Of a stretch of 64,000 bases of DNA, positions 41,526-54,405 are shown one piece after another (positions within the stretch are counted from its first letter, which is position 1; each line of letters begins with the position of its first letter). The translations under genes and the position numbers were made by a program. This DNA comes from an uncultured delta proteobacterium (GTDB lineage Bacteria > Desulfobacterota > Binatia > UBA9968). The notes below the pieces were generated by a model that was given only the letters and a program-made list of their open reading frames with translations, was not told the origin of the DNA and searched no databases. The stretch spans positions 32,001-96,000 of the forward strand of contig CAWDPO010000015.1 of assembly GCA_963804165.1 (NCBI GenBank), written 5' to 3'.

Positions 41526-42549
41526 ATGCCAGCAAAACGCAAAGTCTGTTTTACCGGGCCGATGCGTGTCAACGTCGCCGAGCAGACTCTGCGCCACGCG
41601 GGTTGCGAGCTGGTGCTGGGAAAGCCGCAGGACGATTTTCGCAAGTTTCGCTATGAGCGCAAGGATTTAGTTAATCTGGTCGGCGATGCCCAATTGTCTT
41701 TCCATCTGGACGCGATGTTATCAGTGCGGAAATTTTGGACTCCTGTCCGGATCTCCAAGCCGTCGTGAAATCGAGCATCGGCATCGAGACCGTCGACGTC
41801 GATGCCGCGACCGACTTGGGGATTCTTTGCTGCAACAGCCCGACGCCGGAGAATTACATGGGCGTGGCCGAGGCGACCATGGGTTTGATGGTGGCGCTGT
41901 TCAAGCGGTTGAAGCTCAACGAAAGCACATGCGCACCGGCGGCTGGAAAGAACTGCATAACCGCGGCACGCTCATGCTGGGCAAAACGGTCGGCATCATC
42001 GGCGTCGGCCGCATCGGCCAGAACGTCGCCAAACGGCTGGGCGCGTGGGGCATGAAAGTGCTTGGCTACGATCCTTATGTCAAGCCGGAGACCGTCGCCG
42101 CCACTCGGCGTGAAGATGGTGTCGCTGGAAGAGTTGCTGCAGCAGTCCGATCTCGTCACGCTACACGTCGTCTTGACGCGGGAGACCCGCGGCATGATCG
42201 GCATGCGCGAGTTCAAGCTGATGAAGCCGACAGCGTTTATCGTCAATACCTCACGCGGGCCGGCGATCAAGGAAGCCGATTTAGTGCAAGCTTTGAATGA
42301 AAAAATCATCACCGGCGCGGCGTTGGATGTATTTGACGAAGAGCCGCTGCCCATGAGCGATTCGCTTCGCCAAGTCGATCCGCTGCGCCTGATCCTGACG
42401 CCGCATAATATCGGCGCCAATCCCGGCTCGGCGGAGGCAGGCCAGAGGATGGCGGCGCAGAGCATGCTGGCGATCCTCGACGGCAAAATCCCGATACCGT
42501 GGTCAATCCTCTGGCGATTCCGCGCTGGAAAGAGCGCTTTTCGACGTAG
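41526..42549 (+). CDS. D-isomer-specific 2-hydroxyacid dehydrogenase (frameshifted)
   Basis: [36 protein letters not shown]. Confidence 0.85.
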
Positions 42550-42566
42550 GGCTTACACCCCTCTTT

Positions 42567-43589
42567 ATGCTCTTGATGGTCGCGGCGCGACACAAATTAT
42601 TCACCCTCGTGTTCGTGGGCGTGTTCGTGATCGTGGCGAACGGCACGGGCGCTCGACGAGATTCATTCGGCGCCGACGTTGCGCTGCGCGTCGGCTATCC
42701 GCAGCCAAGCGGGGCGATGCTGCCGCTCTGGCTAGTCAGTGAAGCCAAGCTCGATCGAAAATACGGCGTGCCGGTGCAGAATATTTTTATTTCCGGCGCC
42801 GCGCGGATGAATCAATCGATGGTCGCCGGCGATATCGATCTCGCCAGCATCGGCGGCGCCGTGGTGAATACCGTCTTGGCCGGCGGTGACTTGGTCGCCA
42901 TCGCCGTGGGCGTGCCGACCTACGGTTTTTCTCTTTACGCCCGACCCGAGGTGAAGGACATCGCCAGCCTGCACGGCAAAGTCGTCGGCATCATGAGCAA
43001 GGGTGCTTCCTCGGAGCACGCCGTCATCGCGCTGCTGCAGCGTCACAACCTGCAACCCGGCAAGGACGTGAAGTTTATCTATCTCGGCGGCGTGCGCGAA
43101 GTGCTGGCGGCCATCGAGCGCGGCATCGTTTCCGCCGGCGTATTGTCGTCGCCGACGACTCTGGCGGCTCGTCGCCTGGGTCAAAAAGAATTGGTGAACA
43201 TCGCATCGCTCAATTTGCCCTACATGCACAGCGGCGTGGCAACCCGGCGCGTCTTTACGCGCGCCAGCAACCGGAAGCCGTGAAGGCTTATCTGCGGGCC
43301 TATATCGCCGCGATCAAGATCGCCAATGAAGATGCCGAGACCAGCAAGCGCGCGCTGAGCCGCTATCTCGTGACCAGCGACAGCGCGATTCTGGACGAAG
43401 CTTATCAAACTTTTCGGGGAATTTTTCCGCGCGTGCCTTACGTCACCGAGGAGTACATCAAGTCGGTCATCGCTGTTGTCGGACAATCCCAAGGCGGCCG
43501 GCGCCAACCCCAAGGATTTTTTTGACAGCCGATTTTTGAAAGAGATCGAAGACAGCGGCTTTGTCCAGGATCTTTATGGCCGGCGTTAG
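42567..43589 (+). CDS. ABC-type substrate-binding protein, NMT1/SsuA-like (frameshifted)
   Basis: LRVGYPQPSGAMLPLW, GKVVGIMSKGASSEH, C-terminal FFDSRFLKEIEDSGF. Confidence 0.82.
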
Positions 43590-43640
43590 CTTCTTCTCGG
43601 ATCGCTACAGCGCCGAGGTTCGCATAATTCCGAATTCGTT

Positions 43641-44619
43641 TTGGTGTTGTCGGATGGTTGGCAATCGCAGCGCATGTTTTGCCATTCGGTTTTTGCCTGC
43701 CGCGCCCAACGCACGGCTAACCGCGTCGGCTATCCGCAGCCGAGTGGCGCGATGCTGCCGATCTGGGTCATGGCTGAGGCCAAGCTCGACCAGAAATACG
43801 GCGTCGAGCTGCAAAATATTTATATTTCCGGCGGCGCGCGGCTGACTCAAACGGTCGTCTCCGGCGACATCGATATCGCCGCCACCGGCGGCGCAGTGGT
43901 CAACGCGGTGTTGAGCGGCGCCGAACTTGTTTACATCGCGTCCGGCGTGCCGACTTATGGTTTTTCTTTGTATGCCCGTGCCGATGTGAAGGATGTGCCG
44001 TCGCTTAAAGGCAAAGTCGTCGGTCTGATGACCAAGGGCGCTTCGACGGATCATGGCATGACGGCGCTGTTACGCCAGTACAACTTCGTTCCGGTCAGGA
44101 TGTCAAAGTTTTATATCTCGGTGGCGTGCGCGAGGGGTTGGCGGCGCTGGACCGCGGCATCGTCGCGGCGACGACGATTTCGGCGCCGACGACACTCATG
44201 GCGCGGCGGCTGGGCTACAAGGAGTTGGTGAATTTCGCGACTCTGAAAATTCCCTACATGCAGCTGGGCATGGTCGTCGCGCCGGTCGTTACTGCGCCAA
44301 CAGCCGGAGCGGATGAAAGCTTTTCTCAAAGCGTATGTCGCGGCGATCAAAGTGGTCAACGAAGATGCGACACCAGCAAGCGGGCGCTGGCGAAATATCT
44401 GGCGACGAACGATGGCGCGATCATCGAGGAGGCCTACCAGGCCTATCGCGGCATCTATCCGAAAGTACCCTATACCACCGAGGAGCAGATCGTTCGATCC
44501 TGGCGGTCGCCGATCACCCGAAGGCCGCCGCCGCCGACCCCAAAGAGTTCTTTGACAACCGCTTCATTAAAGAGTTAGAAGATACAGGATTCATCAAGGA
44601 ACTTTACGGTCAACGCTAA
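43641..44619 (+). CDS. ABC-type substrate-binding protein, tandem paralog (frameshifted; start uncertain)
   Basis: RVGYPQPSGAMLPIW, GKVVGLMTKGASTDH, FFDNRFIKELEDTGF. Confidence 0.8.
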
Positions 44620-44636
44620 TCGAGAAAGCAAGGCCA

Positions 44637-45640
44637 ATGAGCAAGGCGAACCGCTCTGCGACGTCGATTTCATTGGCGCTGTTGATCGTCGTGGCCACTC
44701 ACATGTACAGGCGCGGCGGCGCCGGACAAGCTCGTCGGTATCCATTCCGCCCGCGTCATGTCGCAATCCTTTCCCTGGATGGCGCAGGAAGCGGGCTTGT
44801 TCAAGAAATACAATCTCGATTTCAATTTGGTGTTTATTTCCTCGTCGGGCATCGTTACCGCCGCATTGCTCGGCGGCGATGCCGAGATGACCATCACCGG
44901 CGGCATCGGCAACGTCGCGGCTTATGTCAGAGGCTCGACGGACATCGTTTTCACCGGCGGCATCAAAAACATCATGACGCAAACCCTGGTGGCCGGCGGC
45001 AATATCAAAAGGCCGGAAGATCTGAAGGGCAAGCGGATCGGCGTCAGCCGGATCGGCGGCAACTCGCATTATTTTACGATCCAGGCGCTGCGCCGCTTCG
45101 GCATGGAGCCCAACCGCGACTACAGTTTTCTCCAAACCGGCGGCGATCCCGAAACCTTCGCGGCGTTGATGAGCGGGCTCGCTTGAAGTGGCCAACTTGA
45201 CGCCGCCGACCGATGCCCAAGCGATTGCCAAGGGCTATCATTATGTAATTTACGGTCCGGATTTAAAGATTCCTTACGTCGGCAACGGCGTTTGTCACCA
45301 AGCGCTCGGTGATGGCCAAGCGGCCGCAATGGTCGCCAATTTCATGCGCGCCATGGCGGAGACTTCCAAGATGGTGCACACCGACCGCGAGTTTGTTTAC
45401 AAAGTGCTGGGCAAATATCTTCGCGTTACCGACCGCAGCCGTCCTCGATTCGGCTTACAACGCCGAGATCAAAGCGCTGGAACCGCGCTTGGTGATCAAG
45501 CTCGAATCCTTGCAAGCGATTCTCGACGAGCTGGCGCCCACCGAGCCGGCCAAGATGTCAACCGCAGGAAATGATCGATAACCGTTATCTGGATGAATGA
45601 AAAGAGCGGCTTCATGGATCAGCTGTGGAGCAGGAAGTGA
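44637..45640 (+). CDS. ABC-type substrate-binding protein (frameshifted)
   Basis: WMAQEAGLFKKYNLD, EDLKGKRIGVSRIGG, FMRAMAE, GFMDQLW. Confidence 0.8.
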
Positions 45641-45773
45641 TGGGCTGTTAACCACGAGTGAATCCAGACCGATGAGCGGGCGAAGAACTGGAACCGATGC
45701 GGTTAAATGATATGGAAAAGAGTGGATTTTTCGATCAACTATGGGCTAAAAGATAAGATAAAGAGGAGGAGCT

Positions 45774-46916
45774 ATGGAACAATCAATTGTCTCGTCGGAT
45801 TCTCACGTGATCGAAGTGCCGGATCTTTGGGAAAAGGGTATGCCGCGTCGCTTCAAGGAGCGCGCGCCAAAGACGTTCTTCGACGAAAAGCGCGACGCCT
45901 GGATGTTCGGTTCGCCGGAAGTGCAGATTCAAGCCGTCGGCGGGTTGTTCATGGCCGGCCAGCAGCCCGAGAATCTAGAGAAGTTTCGCAAGGCGGGCTT
46001 CGCCGTGGCGCGCCCCGGCGGCTGGGATCCGATCGAACGCCAGGCCGACATGGTCACCGACGGCGTTGCGGCTGAAGTGCTCTATCCGAGCTTGGGCTCG
46101 GCTTGTTCTGCGTCGAGGATGCCGCACTGCAAGAAGGCCTGTTTCGAACTTACAACGACTGGATCATCGATTACTGCCAAAAAGTTCCGGATCGTTTGTT
46201 CGGCATCGCGCTGATCTCCATGTACAACGTCGATCACGCCATCGCCGAGATGGAACGCTGCAAGAAAGCAGGGGCATCGTCGGCACGATGATCTGGCAGG
46301 TGCCGCATCCGAAGTTTGCCGTTCACCTCGGATCATTATGAGCGCTTCTGGGCGGCGTCGCAGGATCTCGACTTGCCGGTGCATCTGCACATCTTGACCG
46401 GTTTCGGCGACAGCATGCACCGCCAGACCAGCCACGGCATCAAACGCTACCGCATCGGCGTGCAACAGACCCGCGAAATCGAAAACGCGCTGTTCGAAAT
46501 GATTTTTCCCGGTGTGCTCGAACGTTATCCCAAGACTGAAGATCGTCTCGGTGGAAAACGAAGATGGGCTGGATGCCGTTCTGGTTGGGCAAGTGCGACA
46601 AAGGCTTACAAACGCCATCGCCACTCGGAAAAAGTCCAGATGAGCAAGTTGCCGAGCGAGTATTTCGCCGAGCAGATTTACGCGACTTTTTTTAACGACC
46701 TGGTCGGCGGCAAGATGTTCTCCTGGTGGGGCGTGGACAACTGCATGTGGTCCAACGATTATCCGCATCAGAATTCCACTTGGCCGAACTCCCGCGCGGT
46801 CATCGAGCGCGATATGGCCGCAACTGTCCGCTGCGGACCGCGAGAAATTGCTCAATACCAACGTGCGCAAGCTATACAAATTGAACGCGCCGGCTTCGTT
46901 GCCGAAGGCGGCGTAA
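45774..46916 (+). CDS. Amidohydrolase_2 family protein (frameshifted)
   Basis: VSSDSHVIEVP, PVHLHILTG, WSNDYPH. Paralog of 23656-24716. Confidence 0.85.
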
Positions 46917-46960
46917 GATCGCGCAGCCGACTTCAGTGACCATTTCATCGAGGAACGTTT

Positions 46961-47981
46961 ATGGAATTACGTGATGCCATAAAAGTTTTGGATTCCGACG
47001 CCCATGCGCGCGATCTCGACAACGATATCAAACCCTATCTGCCCGAGCCCTATCGCAATCAAAAAGCGTCCTTAATTCCCGAGCGAGCATTACGATCGCA
47101 ATCTCGGCGGCACATTCGGCCGAGCCGCCGCGAAGGTCGAAGAGCGGTTGGCGGCGATGGACACCCAGCAGATCGACACCGCGGTGATGTTTCCCACCAG
47201 CGGTTTGGGCATCGGCCGGGTGCGCGAGCCGCAATTTCAAGCCGCGCTTTGCCGGGCCTACAACGATTTCATCTCGGACTACTGCAAGGCGTCGCCGCGC
47301 TTGAAAGCGGTGGCGAATCTGCCGGTGAACGATCCGGCCGAATGCGCCAAGGAGCTCAATCGCGCCGTCACCAAGCTGGGTTTATGCGGCGGCATGCTGG
47401 TGGCGCAGGCGCACCGCAAGAATCTCGGCAGCGCGGAATTCTATCCGCTCTACGAAGAGGCGCAGCGGTTGAACACGCCGGTGACCATTCATGCCTTCGG
47501 CGGCGACGAGCCGGGCAGCGAAATTTTCGATCAGTTTATTTGCCTGCATACCTGCGGCCATCCGTTTCCGGTGCTGCGCCAACTGACGGCGATGGTGTTC
47601 GGCGGCATTCCGGAGATGTTTCCCAAAGCTGAAGTCGGCTATCTCGAAGTCGGCTGCGGCTGGCTGCCCTATTGGGCCGAGCGCATGGACGAAGAGTGGG
47701 AGAAGCGCGGCAAGGTCGAAGCGCCGCTGTGCAAAAAGAAACCGAGCGAATATTTGTTCAGTGAGAACAGCTACTACGGCTGCGAGCCGGAAGAGAAGAT
47801 GATCAGCTACGTCGCCAATGAGATCGGCTCCAAGACGCTGATGTACGCGTCGGATTATCCGCACTGGGACATGAGCTGGCCGGAGTCCGGCAGCATTCTG
47901 TGGGCGCGGGAAGACATTTCCCTCGACGCGAAAAAGGATATCCTGCTCAACAACGCCAAGCGATTTTACAATTTGTCATAG
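46961..47981 (+). CDS. Amidohydrolase_2 family protein (frameshifted)
   Basis: VLDSDAHA, VTIHAFG, YLEVGCGW, YASDYPHWD. Confidence 0.85.
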
Positions 47982-48007
47982 TCGCGCTTGGGCAACAGCT
48001 TAAGCTC

Positions 48008-48095
48008 TGTCATCCTGAGCGAAGCGAAGGATCTAGCACGCATCGGATGGAACGCGGATTAGATTCTTCGTCGCTTTCAGCTCCTCAGAATGACA
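48008..48095. repeat. GTCATCCTGAG REP-like inverted repeat
   Basis: TGTCATCCTGAGCGAAGCGAAGGATCT ... AGATTCTTCGTCGC...CTCAGAATGACA. Confidence 0.8.
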
Positions 48096-48156
48096 AACGA
48101 GGGAGCCAGGGCATTTTCGCATATGATTTTAACTGCATAAGAAAGAGGAGTTGAAA

Positions 48157-49891
48157 ATGATTCAAACCAAAGGATTGACCGGAGCGCAGTCGATGCTGCG
48201 CGTGCTCGCAAAGATGGGCGTAGAGAAAATTTTCGCATCGCCGGGATCGGAATGGTCGCCGCTGTGGGAAGCGTTGGCGGAGCCGGGCGTCGAAGGCATG
48301 CCGCAATATTAAAGCACGCGCCATGAAGAGATCGCCGTCGGCATGGCGAGCGGTTATGCCAAGTCGACGGGCAAGCTGCCGGCGGTAATGATTCACACCA
48401 CGGTGGGTTCGCTGCATGCGACCATGGGGATGCGCGCCGCGATGCACGAGCAGGTGCCGATGGTGGTCTTTGGCGGCGAGTCGATCGGCTTTGGCGAAGA
48501 CGAAGGGCCGGATCCAGGGGCTCAGTGGCTGGGCCATCTCTCTAATATGGGCGGTCCGGCAAAGCTGGTCGATCAAACGGTCAAATGGAGCTTCGGCGTC
48601 AACACCAAGGCGATTTTGCCGGCGACCATGCAGCGCGCTTGCCGCCTGGCGATGGCGGACGCGCAAAGGGCCGACGTTCGTGTCGATGCCGATGGAATAT
48701 CTGTTCGACAACATGACCAAGGATGTGCCGTGGGATCTCGGATTCGCGCCCGGGCGACCGCCGATCCGAAAGGCATCGAAGAGCTCGCGAATTTGCTCGC
48801 CGGCGCGAAGAATCCGGTGATCGTCACCGAGGATGCCGGCCGCACGGAGAAATCGGTGAATTGCCTGGTCGAGATCGCCGAGCTGCTGGGCTGTGCGGTC
48901 GTCGAGACCCGCAGCACGGGTGCGCTCAACATTCCGCGCACCCATGCGCTGCACAGCGGCTACGATCCGCGCAAGGCCTTAGCGGGCGCGGACGTGATTT
49001 TTCTCTTGCGGTCATCGCGCCGTGGCATCCGGCTTCGATCACGCCTTCGCAGGGCGCGACGGTCGCGATTCTCGATGAGAATCCGCTGCGCCTCGATATG
49101 CCGTACTACGGCTATCAGGCGGATCTCTGCCTGACCGGCGAGATCGAGTGGTCGCTGGAGCATCTGCTCGCGGCGTTAAAGAAGAAAGTTTCGGCGGGAG
49201 ATTCGTCGCGCAAGCAGCGCGCGGAAGAAATCGGCAAGAAAAACAACGCGCAGAGAAAAGCGTGGCGCGATGAGGCGATCGCGCTCGCCAGTCAGAAGCC
49301 GATGGACACCCGCTGGGTGGCCCACGAGATGAGCCAGGTTTTGCCAAGCGACGCGATGGTGGTCGAAGAGACCATCACGCATCGTCTGGCGGTGCATCGC
49401 TACCTCGACAAGGTCACGCCAGGATCGTTTTTTGCCGGTTGCATCGGCGGTCTGGGCACCGGCCTTTCGACCGCGTTGGGAGTGAAATCGGCCAATCCGA
49501 AACGGCCGGTGATCTGCCTGATCGGCGACGGCTCGTTTAACTACGATCCGGTCCCCGCCGTGTACGGCGCGGCCCAGGAGCATAACCTGCCGTTCCTGAC
49601 GATCATGTTTAACAACCAGGGTTATCTGTCGCAGAAATCAGGTATTCCGAGATATTATCCGGAGGTTGGGCGGTCAAGTCCAAGAATTTTTCCGGGCTAC
49701 ACATCGCGCCGTGCCCGGAATACTCGCAGATGATCAAAGCCTTTGACGGCTACGGCGAGAAAGTCGAAGAGCCGGGTGAAGTGCGCAAAGCGATCGAGCG
49801 CGGCCTGCGCGCGGTGGCCGGCGGACAGTCGGCGCTGCTCGATATCCGGCTGAAACCGGTCGAGGAGATCGTCGAGCGGGGAGAAGGGTAG
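48157..49891 (+). CDS. Thiamine-diphosphate-dependent enzyme (benzoylformate decarboxylase/ALS-like; frameshifted)
   Basis: RHEEIAVGMASGYAK, HTTVGS, ThDP motif GDGSF...FNNQGY. Confidence 0.85.
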
Positions 49892-50068
49892 TTGGTCAAG
49901 AAAATTTGATTCGTAAGGCGACCGTGCCGGGCTATGTTCGATGTCAGAGTCGGACATCGCCCTTGTTGTTTCAAGTTAGGAATCTAGATCGCTATGTAAA
50001 AGTTATCCTTCTTTGACAACAACCCCACGTCATTCGATAGCATAGTGCCGGGCACTTGAGAGCAACCC

Positions 50069-50794
50069 ATGAATAAGACGTTTCACGATCAGTTGATCGC
50101 GACGCGCGACAAAAATCACAGCAAGAACCATCCGTTTTTCGATCTCTGGGCAGCCGGTAAGCTCACCAAGGAGCAGACGGCTTTTTATTGCACGCAGCAC
50201 TTTCATTATGTCGGCGAATATCTGAATTGGCTGGCCTATGAGGCGTCGCAGATTCCTCAGCGCGACGTAAGGCATTACCTGTTCGAAAATCTTGGCGACG
50301 AGGAGAACCCCGACGACCGCCACTTGGACATGTTGAAAGACTACGTCGCGGCGAGCGGCGTCGATCGCGATAGTGTCGAAACTTCGATCTTTTGCCGGGC
50401 ACGGATCAGTTGCAGAACTGGGGATGGCGGATGGTCTATCACAAACCCTGGCAGGCCGCGCTGGCGGGCATGTTCATCGGTTTGGAGTCCCAGTTCCTGG
50501 ATATTTGTAAAAAGATCGTGCCGGCGTTGCACAAACACTATGGCTACAAACCGCGCGCCCGCGAGATCCGTTTTTTCGAAGAACATATTTATGCCGATGA
50601 AATTCATGGCTCCAAAGGATTCGCGATCGTCGAGAAATATTGCGACTACGGCGGAGCTGCAGGCGCTCGCCATAAAGCAGATCGAAGAAGCGACGGTCCG
50701 GCGCTGGCGTTACATGAACAACATTTACTGGTATGCGTTGCACGGCAAGGTCGACGACACGCCGGCGTTGCCGCGTAGCTTTTTCTACGACTGA
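50069..50794 (+). CDS. Heme-oxygenase-like diiron protein (CADD/PqqC/TenA superfamily; two compensating frameshifts)
   Basis: HPFF..WAAG.LT, ENLGDEE...H, and in the shifted frame LESQ and FFEEHIYADEIH. Confidence 0.8.
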   Translation: MNKTFHDQLIATRDKNHSKNHPFFDLWAAGKLTKEQTAFYCTQHFHYVGEYLNWLAYEASQIPQRDVRHYLFENLGDEENPDDRHLDMLKDYVAASGVDRDSVETSIFCRARISCRTGDGGWSITNPGRPRWRACSSVWSPSSWIFVKRSCRRCTNTMATNRAPARSVFSKNIFMPMKFMAPKDSRSSRNIATTAELQALAIKQIEEATVRRWRYMNNIYWYALHGKVDDTPALPRSFFYD

Positions 50795-50883
50795 ATGTGT
50801 TCGCCCTTCGGAGAGGGAAGAGTGAGGGCGCACGATAGACAGGTTTCCCTCACTGTGCAAGAAAATCAAAAAAGGACGTCATC

Positions 50884-52334
50884 ATGAGTATTCGCATTGA
50901 CGGTGGCGTAGTCGTGGGCTGGTCCGGCACGGGCCATGAGATATTCCTAACGGTTCGGTCTTGATCGACGGCAACAGGATTAAGTCAGTCGGCACCGATA
51001 AGTCACCAGCCGCCGACCGCGTCATCGACGCAGCGGGAAAGATCGTTTGCCCCGGTTTTATCAATCTGCATGTGCACTCGCAGCTCAATGTCGGCGATTA
51101 TCTGCTGACCGATGTCACCAAGAAAGATTATCTTGCCGCCAACTGGTTTGTCTTCGGCGCGCCGTTGAAAGAAAAAGTCGAACCACCAGCGCCGCCGGCG
51201 GTGGCGATGGGACGGAAGTATGCGCTTTACAGCGCGCTGCAGAAACGGCGCGACGACCGTCCTCGATCCCGGCGGCGGCCCGGGCGCGCTCGATGATTAT
51301 GTCGCCATCGTCGGACAAACCGGCGGGCGGGTATTTTTCAGCCCGCCGTTTCGCAGCCACGATATTTTCACCGACGCCGAGGGGCGGCACTACTATGAAG
51401 AGACGGCCCGACAAAGGACGGCCCGGATTGAAAGTGGCCGTCGACTTCATCAAGAAATTCCACGGCGCTCACAACGGCCGTCTGCAAGGCATTTTAAATC
51501 CGGCGCAGGCGGAAACCTGCGAGCCGTCGCTGTTGAAAGAAATCGGTGGCCGCGGCGAAAGAGTTGGACGTGCCGCTTCATATTCACGCCGGCGGCAACT
51601 TTCGCGAGTTCCTGGAGATTCTAAACAAGTATCGTAAACCGGTGGCCGAGTATCTCGCCGACGTCGGCATCCTCGGGCCGCGCACGACGCTCGGCCATAT
51701 GGCGATCACCGGCGGCCACTCGCGGGTCGATTATCCGCTCGGCGACGAAATGAAGATTCTCGCCGAGACCGGCGCCACCGTCGGCCACTGCCCGCATAAG
51801 TGCGCCAAGATGGCTTTTGCCATGGAATCATTTGACCGGTATCTGGAAGCCGGCGTGCGAATTGGCTTGGGCACGGATACTTATCCCCTCGATATCGTCT
51901 CGGAGATGCGCTACGCGTCGTTGATCTCGCGCCTCGTCGACAGAAAAGCTTCGGGCGCGCGCGCTGCGGATGTCTTTAACGCCGCGACCATCGGGGGCGC
52001 GAATGCGCTCGGCCGCGCCGATTTGGGTCGGCTCGCTGGCGGGGCAAAGGCTGACGTCGTGATTATCAATCTGCGCACCACTCGTTATGGTCCCGTGCGC
52101 GACCCGATCAATGCGCTGGTCGAGTACGGCAGCGGTGTCGACGTCGAAACGGTGATCGTCGACGGTGAGGTGGTGGTCGAGAACGGCCGCTCCACGCGGA
52201 TCAACGACGACGAGTTATTCACGCAGGCGCAAACCGGCGCTAATCGCGCCTGGGATGGTTGGTCGGCGCGCGATTGGAACGGCCGAAGCGTCGACCAAAT
52301 CATCCCGCCGGCGTTTCCGACGAGGAAGATCTGA
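50884..52334 (+). CDS. Amidohydrolase (chlorohydrolase/deaminase subfamily; frameshifted)
   Basis: PGFINLHVH, GATTVLD, LHIHAG, GHCP, GLGTD, GRLAGGAKADVV. Confidence 0.85.
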
Positions 52335-52431
52335 TCCGCAAGTGCGATTGTTGCTTGCCTCATGCCAGTTCAACGACAGTTTGATACGAATCCAAATACC
52401 GATGCTCTCACCTCGAGAGACTGTGTCGCAA

Positions 52432-52518
52432 TGTCATCCTGAGGCGATAGCCGAAGGATCCTGTCTGTCTATGTAAAGGACCACGATGCGAGATTCTTCG
52501 CTGACGCGCAGAATGACA
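52432..52518. repeat. GTCATCCTGAG REP-like inverted repeat
   Basis: TGTCATCCTGAGGCGATAGCCGAAGGATC ... AGATTCTTCGCTGACGCGCAGAATGACA. Confidence 0.8.
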
Positions 52519-52840
52519 TCGAAGCGGCTTTTGCGGTTGCGACACAGCCTCCGATGGAGGAGAGTTAGAGTTAGGGGTGATAGTTTCGCACCAAGGCATC
52601 ACCCCCATCTTCATCTTGCCACGTCGAGGGGGAAGAAAGTCTAACCTCGCTCAACGGCGGAACAAAAGGCGTTCCGCTTCTTGCTGCAAAGTCTTGCAAT
52701 TATTTCTGCGCAGAAAGTGAGTTCACTTTCCTTCCGGTCCAAATATTTTCGCAATTCAATTGACCCACCGTGAATTTTCCTGCTATCAGAGTCAAACTTT
52801 CAATTCAGATAGTTAAGTTACTTGACTGGAAAGGTATATA

Positions 52841-54390
52841 ATGCGTTACGGATTTCTCATCGATCAGAATCGTTGCATCGGCTGCCACGCCTGCACGGTG
52901 GCCTGCAAAGAAGAGCACAACATGGCGCTGGGCGTAAATCGGACCTGGGTCAAGTACATCGAGAAAGGCCGTCTATCCCGACACACGGCGCCATTTCGCC
53001 GTGCTGCGCTGCAATCACTGCGACGACGCTCCGTGTATCGAGATTTGCCCGACGGTCGCGCTTTTTCGCCGGCCTGATGGCATCGTCGATTTCGACAACG
53101 AACGCTGCATCGGTTGCAAATCCTGCATGCAGGCCTGTCCTTACGATGCCCTCTACATCGATCCCGACCGCAACACCGCCGCCAAATGTAACTTCGATGC
53201 CTCCCGCGTCGAGATGGGATACAAGCCAGCCTGCGAAGTAGTCTGTCCGACGCAGGCGATTCTTTCCGGCGATCTCGACGATGCGAACAGTCTATCAGCA
53301 AGCGATCGCGAGGAAAAAGTCAGCGTGCGCAAAGCCGGAGAAGGGGACCAAGCCAAAATTGTTCTATGTCGGCGTCGACGGCGACCTGTTGAACCCGACG
53401 ATGATGGAGCCGCAGGCGAGCGCACTTCTGGTCGGACAAATCGCCCGGCGAAGATCTCTATGCTTTAAAAAGCGCCGTTCAGAGCGCGCGATTCCCGGCG
53501 CGGCGCGCGAAGTTTACGACGTGCCGCACGCGACACCGTGGGGAAAGAAGATCGCATCCTATCTGTGGACCAAGTCGATCTCCGCGGGCGTGCTGCTTTT
53601 GTCGGCTTTGTTTTTAAATATGGGATTTGAGCAGGACGCCGTGCTGCTCAATGTGATCAGCCCGGCGCTGTCGCTGCTGTTTCTCGCCGCGACCATGATT
53701 CTTTTGGTTTTGGATCTAAAAAAGCCCGGCCGGTTTTTCTTTCTGCTCACCAAGCCGAATTTGGATTCTTGGCTGGTGTTGGGCGGTTACGTCCTGATGA
53801 TTTTCGGCTTCTTGTTGAGCGGTCTGGCTATTCCAGATTTACACGCGGGCATGGAGTATCGCCTTGGGTTATTTGGCCCGCGGCACCTTCGCCGATTGCG
53901 TCTGCCGGCTATTCGGCCTTTCTTTTCGCCCAGGCGCGCGGCCGCGATTTTTGGCAAAGCCCGATGTTATTTTGGCATCTGCTCGTCAAGGCCGTGCTCG
54001 CGGGCGCAGCGATGCTGATCTTGATCGGCTCATTGGAATTGTCACGCCATATCAATTTGTAAGTCCGCAGCTGTTCGCTTGGCTGGTCAATATTTTGGTG
54101 ATCTGCGCTGCTCGCTAGCGTGGCGATGATTTTCGGCGAGCTGTTCATGAAGCATGGCGCGGAGGATGCCGTGCGAGCCGGCGACCTCTTGCTGAGCGGC
54201 CCGTTGAGCAAATCGTTTTGGCTTTTCGCCGTCGGGCTTGGAATTGTGTTGCCCGTAGGAATTATCCTTCGTGCCCATCGGCTCGCTGATTCCCTTGTAT
54301 ATGGTCGCACGCCGGCCTGGCGCCTTTTCGGCTTATGGATTTACGAGCATCTCTGGATCAGAGCCAGGTCAGGCATTGCCGCTTAGCTGA
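52841..54390 (+). CDS. Fused 4Fe-4S (NrfC/DmsB-like) and NrfD/PsrC membrane subunit (frameshifted)
   Basis: CIGCHACTVAC, CNHCDDAPC..CP, CIGCKSCMQACP, KCNF..PAC..CP, followed without an evident new start by WGKKIASYLW and LVLDLKKPGRF (NrfD motifs). Confidence 0.8.
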
Positions 54391-54405
54391 TAAGGAATTA
54401 AGCAA

